From: Calditrichota bacterium
Lineage (GTDB): Bacteria > Zhuqueibacterota > Zhuqueibacteria > Residuimicrobiales > Krinioviventaceae
DNA: 38,628 nucleotides
Direction: 5' to 3'
Assembly (NCBI GenBank): GCA_003818595.1
Contig: RPQV01000002.1
Span: forward strand, 1 to 38,628
In this document: positions 35,145 through 38,628 of the stretch, in pieces
Numbering within the stretch: the stretch's first letter is position 1
How the letters are laid out: every line of letters starts with the position of its first letter
Position numbers and translations under genes: made by a program
The notes under the pieces: model-generated
What the model was told of the DNA's origin: nothing
Seen by the model: the letters and a program-made list of their open reading frames with translations, nothing else
Databases searched by the model: none

Positions 35145-36239
35145 TTATGCGATGGTTTCTATGATTTGAACTATTCGTTGCGAAGCAATGCCGTCCCAAA
35201 AAGGAGGAATCTGAGAATTTTTCAGAGAACCATTACGGGCGACCTGAAAACCATGGAGTATTTCATCAGGATTCATTCCAACAAGCCGGTTAGTGCCTAA
35301 AGTTATCGTGACTGGCCTTTCTGTATTCTCTCTCATGGTCAGGCAGGGAATTTTTAAAAACGTGGTCTCTTCTTGAATTCCGCCCGAATCAGTCAAGACG
35401 ATGCCGGCACGGCTCATGAGACATAAAAAAGGTAAATAACCAAGGGGTTCAACGACGATTATATTTGTCATTTGATGGAGCCGATTCTCCAACCCAAAAA
35501 CGTTCAGCATTTTACGGGTGCGCGGGTGCATGGGAAAAACAACCGGCATTTCGCTTTGAATCTGCTCCAGCGCTGAAAAAATAAGAGATAAGTTTTGTGC
35601 ATTGTCGACATTGGAAGGTCGATGTAAAGTCATCAAAACATAATTTTGGGGTTTCAATTTGTATTCTTCCCACAGTGCAAGCTTTTCCGCTTTGGCGAGA
35701 TGGTCGAGCAATGAATCGATCATGACATTCCCGACCAGGAATACTTTATTATCAGCCACCCCCTCTCTACGCAAGTTGTCGAGCCCGCTCTGTTCAGTCA
35801 CAAAAAGAAAATCAGCAATCTTGTCCGTTAAAATGCGGTTGATTTCTTCCGGCATACTTCGATCAAAGCTGCGTAGTCCCGCTTCTACGTGAGCTACCGG
35901 GATGGAGAGTTTAACTGCCGCAAGAGAGGCGGCTAATGTTGAATTTACATCTCCAACCACGATCAGCAGGTCAACTTTGTGCTGCAGTAAGAATTGCTCC
36001 ATCTTGAGCAAAACAGAGGCGGTTTGTTCGGCGTGACTGCCTGATCCGACGCCTAAAAAAATGTCCGGCTCTGGCATTCCCAAGTCATCAAAAAATGCAG
36101 ATGACATTTTTTGATCATAATGCTGACCTGTGTGAATGAGGATGGGAGAGATTTTGGGGGATTGTTGCATTCGTCGATGAATTGGAGCAATTTTCATAAA
36201 ATTGGGTCTCGCTCCAACAACATTGGCAATTTTTATCAT
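35145..36239 (-). CDS. wecB: UDP-N-acetylglucosamine 2-epimerase (non-hydrolysing)
   Basis: MIKIANVVGARPNFMKIAPI, HTGQHYD, VVGDVNSTLA, HVEAGLRSFD, and LTDSGGIQEE. Confidence 0.9.
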   Translation of the reverse strand: MIKIANVVGARPNFMKIAPIHRRMQQSPKISPILIHTGQHYDQKMSSAFFDDLGMPEPDIFLGVGSGSHAEQTASVLLKMEQFLLQHKVDLLIVVGDVNSTLAASLAAVKLSIPVAHVEAGLRSFDRSMPEEINRILTDKIADFLFVTEQSGLDNLRREGVADNKVFLVGNVMIDSLLDHLAKAEKLALWEEYKLKPQNYVLMTLHRPSNVDNAQNLSLIFSALEQIQSEMPVVFPMHPRTRKMLNVFGLENRLHQMTNIIVVEPLGYLPFLCLMSRAGIVLTDSGGIQEETTFLKIPCLTMRENTERPVTITLGTNRLVGMNPDEILHGFQVARNGSLKNSQIPPFWDGIASQRIVQIIETIA

Positions 36240-36274
36240 ATTCTGCTTTCTGAAAGAGAATAACGCGGCTCCCG

Positions 36275-37282
36275 CTATAATTCCTTTTTATAATTTTGTT
36301 TATAGAATTCCAAGTATTCGCCTGTCTTCAATTTTTCCCACCAGCGTTTGTTTTCCATATACCACTTGAGAGTCTGCGCCATCGCTTGCTCAAAGGTATG
36401 TTTTGGCTTCCAGCCCAATTGACGAATTTTCTGAGTGTCGACTGAATACCTTCGATCATGTCCAAGGCGATCCGGAACATAGGTTTTCAAAGAATCTGGT
36501 TTATTCAAGTGCTTTAATATCAGGTCAGTGATTTCGATATTCATTCTCTCATTTCCGCCGCCGATATTATAAACCTGCCCATTTTGGCCATGATGAAAAA
36601 GGAAATCAACTGCATCACAATGATCTTTTACATAAATCCAATCACGAATGTTCCTTCCATCTCCATAAATCGGCAGCGCCTTGTTTTCAAGCGCATTGGT
36701 AACAAAAAGAGGAATCAGCTTTTCAGGATATTGATAAGGTCCATAATTATTGGAACAACGGGTAATGATGACCGGCAATTTGTAGGTCACATAATAGGAA
36801 AATGCCAGCCGATCTGCACCGGCTTTTGAGGCGGAATAGGGGCTCGAAGGCTCCAGTATGTCCGTTTCCTTGAATGATCCATCAAGGATGCTGCCGTAAA
36901 CTTCATCCGTGCTAATTTGGATGAATTTCTCAACACCGTGCATCCGCGCCGCTTCAAGAAGCACAAAGGCGCCATAAATATCGGTCTTAATAAAATCATC
37001 TGGAGCGCCAATCGATCTGTCAACGTGACTTTCTGCGGCAAAATTAACAACAATGTCAACCTTTGGCATTAATGAATTGACCAAGGCTGCATCGCAAATG
37101 TCACCTTGAATAAATTCATAATTCGGCTGACGAACGATATCCGCCAGGTTTTCTAAATTACCCGCGTAGGTTAATTTATCGAGATTGACGACTCGAATTG
37201 TGTCTCCATATTTTTCAAATAAAAAATGAATAAAATTACTGCCTATAAATCCGGCGCCGCCGGTGACCAACCAAGTTTTCAT
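36275..37282 (-). CDS. rfbB: dTDP-glucose 4,6-dehydratase
   Basis: VTGGAGFIGSNF, FAAESHVDRS, STDEVYG, and the YSASKAG catalytic triad region. Confidence 0.9.
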   Translation of the reverse strand: MKTWLVTGGAGFIGSNFIHFLFEKYGDTIRVVNLDKLTYAGNLENLADIVRQPNYEFIQGDICDAALVNSLMPKVDIVVNFAAESHVDRSIGAPDDFIKTDIYGAFVLLEAARMHGVEKFIQISTDEVYGSILDGSFKETDILEPSSPYSASKAGADRLAFSYYVTYKLPVIITRCSNNYGPYQYPEKLIPLFVTNALENKALPIYGDGRNIRDWIYVKDHCDAVDFLFHHGQNGQVYNIGGGNERMNIEITDLILKHLNKPDSLKTYVPDRLGHDRRYSVDTQKIRQLGWKPKHTFEQAMAQTLKWYMENKRWWEKLKTGEYLEFYKQNYKKEL

Positions 37283-37506
37283 ATCTTATCTTCCCATCGG
37301 TAGTTCAAAAACGGTCTGTCGTGACCCTATGTTTGCCAACCCCATAATCTAAAAATTTACAAAGTCGGGCATTAAAAGTCAACGAATTGTTTGACAAAGA
37401 CGAGCTAAATTACGCTATAAATAACGACTTCGCAGACAAAATATCAGTTTAATTTACCATAAAAAAATACTAATTTGCCATCAATGAATATCTTTAGGAA
37501 ATGATT

Positions 37507-38628
37507 ATGTCGAAACAGCTACGCATTGCAGTCGTCCAGATGAATGCTGTTGTCGGGGGTCTGGCGAAAAATCGCGATAAGATCATCGCCGGAATGCTGC
37601 AGGCAAAAGCTTATGGATGTGACCTGGTTGCTTTCCCGGAGTTGTGCATCACAGGATACCCGCCGGAAGATCTGGTCAGCAGACGACAGTTTATTATAGA
37701 TCAACGACAGGTATTGGATGAAATTATCAATTATTCGAATGACATCATTAGCGTCGTTGGATTTGTTGATGGAGACCGAATCCTGTATAACGCGGCTGCT
37801 GTGGTTCAAAACAAAGCGTTAGTCACGACCTATCACAAAATCCAACTTCCCAACTATAGTGTATTTGATGAAGAACGATATTTCGAATCCGGAAAAACGC
37901 CTTTAATACTAGACATAGAAGGATGCAAAGTCGGTATCAGCATTTGCGAAGATATTTGGATTGAAGGCAGTGTTACTGAAACCGAGGCGATTCAAGGCGG
38001 AGCTGAAGTACTGCTTAATCTATCCGCTTCACCCTATGCTGCAGGCAAGGTGAAGGAACGTATCAGTCTTTTAAATGAGCGCTCCCGTTTTTGTCGAGCC
38101 TTTGTGGTTTACGCCAACCTTGTCGGAGGACAAGATGAATTAGTTTTTGATGGTTCAAGTATGATCGTTAATCCTGAAGGCGAAATTATCGTCATGGCCT
38201 CAAGATTCGATGAAGACTTGATCGCACTCGACATCGATTTTTCTTCAGTCATTGAAACACGGAAAAATCCCGCCTATTTAGAACAAACCAGACGATTTAA
38301 ATCACCTTTTCCAGCATGCCGCTCGATTACCCTCGCCCGGTCAACCCCGCAACAAACCTGCGAATTGAAACCGCGCACTTTCAATCTCATGATCTCCGAG
38401 GAAGAAGAAATCTACAGTGCTCTTATTTTGGGGCTGCGTGATTATGTATTGAAAAATGGTTTTCAGCATATCATATTAGGGCTTAGCGGAGGCATTGATT
38501 CTGCGTTAGTAGCAGCTCTCGCCGCAGATGCTTTAGGAGCAGAGTGTGTTCATGGAGTGACGATGCCCTCCCGTTACAGTTCATCGGGCAGTGTTAATGA
38601 TTCCTATCAGTTGGCCGGTAATCTCAAT
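37507..38628 (+). CDS. nadE: glutamine-dependent NAD+ synthetase, N-terminal part (continues past window end)
   Basis: Absent from the ORF track because there is no stop in the window. My translation reads MSKQLRIAVVQMNAVVGGLAKNRDKIIAGMLQAKAYGCDLVAFPELCITGYPPEDLV (CN-hydrolase domain). Near 38470 it reads GLSGGIDSALVAALAADALG (SGGxDS PP-loop). ATG 37507 has AGGAA 6 nt upstream. ATG 37501 is the alternative start. Confidence 0.85.
   Translation, partial: MSKQLRIAVVQMNAVVGGLAKNRDKIIAGMLQAKAYGCDLVAFPELCITGYPPEDLVSRRQFIIDQRQVLDEIINYSNDIISVVGFVDGDRILYNAAAVVQNKALVTTYHKIQLPNYSVFDEERYFESGKTPLILDIEGCKVGISICEDIWIEGSVTETEAIQGGAEVLLNLSASPYAAGKVKERISLLNERSRFCRAFVVYANLVGGQDELVFDGSSMIVNPEGEIIVMASRFDEDLIALDIDFSSVIETRKNPAYLEQTRRFKSPFPACRSITLARSTPQQTCELKPRTFNLMISEEEEIYSALILGLRDYVLKNGFQHIILGLSGGIDSALVAALAADALGAECVHGVTMPSRYSSSGSVNDSYQLAGNLN

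Noticed and set aside
1-38628. Whole-window scan for CRISPR repeats, tRNA T-loop signatures in intergenic regions, IS/transposase/integrase genes, toxin-antitoxin or restriction-modification genes
   Set aside because: None found. The only GGTTCGAA or GTTCGAAT-like strings (near 3565, 26505 and 27765) lie inside coding regions. No ORF shows DDE, tyrosine recombinase or nuclease signatures.

Overview
The window looks like chromosomal sequence from a diderm (LPS-producing) bacterium with moderate to low GC and clear Shine-Dalgarno sites. I cannot assign a taxon. About 90% is coding, and most genes lie on the minus strand. I found no tRNA or rRNA genes, no CRISPR array, and no transposase, integrase or IS element. 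No canonical defence system is recognisable. There are five blocks. (1) 1-6198 is a compact nucleoside and base salvage cluster: ade, PNP, nupC, tdk, a secreted alpha/beta hydrolase, udk and cdd. (2) 6282-9426 holds ssb, tsaC and an MsbA-like ABC exporter. (3) 9538-18704 is an LPS core and lipid A decoration island with three GT9 heptosyltransferase-like genes, three GT2 genes, one GT4 gene, a pyruvyl-transferase-like gene, a small DUF6165-like gene and lpxL. (4) 18746-27327 is a regulatory region. It encodes a membrane-anchored HExxH peptidase, a Cys-rich small protein, a free-standing Ras/MglA-like protein with a degenerate P-loop, and two tandem REC-PATAN(DUF4388) proteins, one carrying a second degenerate GTPase-like module. 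Upstream lie a cytoplasmic zinc anti-sigma-like protein, a 368-aa sigma-like protein behind a candidate sigma-54 promoter, and an NtrC-type enhancer-binding response regulator. (5) 27429-38628 holds lpxK, DUF374, lpxB, a Gfo/Idh/MocA oxidoreductase, a four-helix-bundle protein, an M24 peptidase, a Wza-like exporter, wecB, rfbB and the 5' part of nadE. The best candidate for an undescribed system is the translationally coupled REC-PATAN / pseudo-GTPase operon (19703-23611). It runs without a break into the LPS genes and sits just downstream of the sigma-54 / sigma-like / anti-sigma cascade. All family assignments come from reading motifs by eye, with no database search run.
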